64,000 nt of DNA from positions 174,049-238,048 of the forward strand of contig RDEW01000016.1 of NCBI GenBank assembly GCA_011109175.1, in the 5' to 3' direction. This stretch comes from Dicyema japonicum. Its lineage: Eukaryota; Animalia; Dicyemida. Shown here piece by piece: positions 62,551 to 64,000 of this stretch (its first letter is position 1; each line of letters starts with the position of its first letter). The translations under genes were made by a program, and so were the position numbers. The notes beneath the pieces are model-generated. The model was given only the letters and a program-made list of their open reading frames with translations, made no database searches and was not told the DNA's origin.

Positions 62551-64000
62551 CAACTTTTTGATTGTTCATAAATTTTTTTGCTTTTTTTCAGTAATGCTTT
62601 CGCGATTTTTTTGAAGTTTAAGAATATTAGTATTTTAATTAAAAAATTGAGCTAAATTAACGAGAAAATAAAAAAATAAATAAATTTCCCAAATTTACTT
62701 TATGTAAAAATTCTTTGAAATCTGCTTGCAGAAAAAATATTCATTTTGATCACGTGAATAGATGCGTCAAACCTAAGATAAGGATTTTCTAGGGATAGCA
62801 TGCACCACTACGCTTTGTTATTCGTCCTGAATCGTTAACTAGATTGCTTAACTGGAACCATCAACAACTGACTATCGAATGTAAAGATGAATGGTTTGCC
62901 AAAATCATCTTATTCATCGTTGATATAAAGTTGATTGAACAGTCAAATGATGAACAAAACAGTTATGAAAAGATATTGGCTTATAAATTAACTACGCCAA
63001 ATCTGATACAAAATTTTTGATTTTTTTGACTTTATAGCTGTTAATCAACTTTATATCAAGAGATTCTCTATTCTAGGCATACGGCCGTAAGACATTCTCG
63101 ATTTTTATCAGAATTATTTCATCATCTAATATCCCTGATGACTCTTATCCCTTGATGAGATTTATGATTAAAGAAGTCGTATTTTTTGGATATTATGTCG
63201 ATGTTTGAATATTGGATACAAGTAGACAAGTTGCATCATCTCCTGTAGTTATATTTTTCTTCATTCCCTCATTTCTTTGTTAATACGATATAGCCAATTT
63301 TAAAAATACTTTTTGTCATAAAATCTTTGTATGAAGCAGCATATTTAATGCCAATGGTCTTTAAATTTACTATTCTCAATGCTTTTGACGACTTTGATTT
63401 TTATCAGAATACAAAATTTTTAGTCTTTAAGAAATTTGAATTTTATATCAAATTGTTTCTTAAATTTGTGGAACAACCTATTTGATGTGATAAAGTATTT
63501 ATTAGAATGACTACTATCAATTTTATAAGCATAAGTTTTAATATTGGTCCTTGATCGGGAAACCTTTATCTCAGAGAATGAAAACTTCATAAACTTCCGT
63601 ATTTAATTAGTACCCATTTACCAATTTGACGTGGAGCAGCCTTCACATGGGATTTCTTCTTTTTCAGTCAAAATAGACTTTATTTAAAAATACAATATTT
63701 CTCACAAATAAATGCATATTTATACAGATCAGACTTTATTTTTTTACATATCTAATTTTTAATTTTTATTTAACTTCTCGGCAATATCCCTAATAGTATT
63801 TCGTTACTAATTTTTAATTTTGATTTAACTTCTCGGCAATATCCCGAATAGTACATCGTTACTAAACAAAATAAATTTTATTTTAAATCTATTAAATTTT
63901 AAAAATAAAAATTTGAAAATGTGAATTAATTATTTTACTTTTTTTAATAAAGACATTTATTTAACACGCTGGAACCTGGGGAAGTTCCTTCAACAAAGTA

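Overview
AT-rich eukaryotic genomic DNA, not prokaryotic. It is probably metazoan (PHTF, MGAT1, a crammer-like I29 inhibitor) and has ultra-short spliceosomal introns, mostly 21-29 nt, like those reported for dicyemid mesozoans (organism identity is inference). After manual splicing, these host genes are recognisable: PHTF (partial), TAF5, RPL6, ALG6, MRPS33, a stand-alone I29 cathepsin-propeptide inhibitor, a damaged MGAT1 and a tRNA-Ala(TGC). Most of the remainder is decayed transposable elements: RTE LINEs (one near full length with a ~106-bp target-site duplication), Jockey/I-like LINEs, many CRE-like RLE retrotransposon fragments, pogo/Tigger, Tc1, hAT-Buster, a Ginger2-like integrase and a tRNA-derived SINE family. 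The most interesting signals are five. (i) A family of ~300-400-bp non-tRNA retroposons with an E-box/CRE-motif head and a LINE-type 3' hairpin tail. (ii) A covarying GGATCAC...GTGATCC 3' hairpin shared by many divergent retroelement ends. (iii) A SINE whose 3' stem-loop matches the local RTE LINE. (iv) Non-GT splice donors (GC, possibly GA) in tiny introns. (v) An 81-bp divergent promoter. Single Ns, an N gap and one-base indels suggest imperfect assembly, so frameshift-based claims need read-level checks. All alignments and folds were done by eye, and TE boundaries are approximate.
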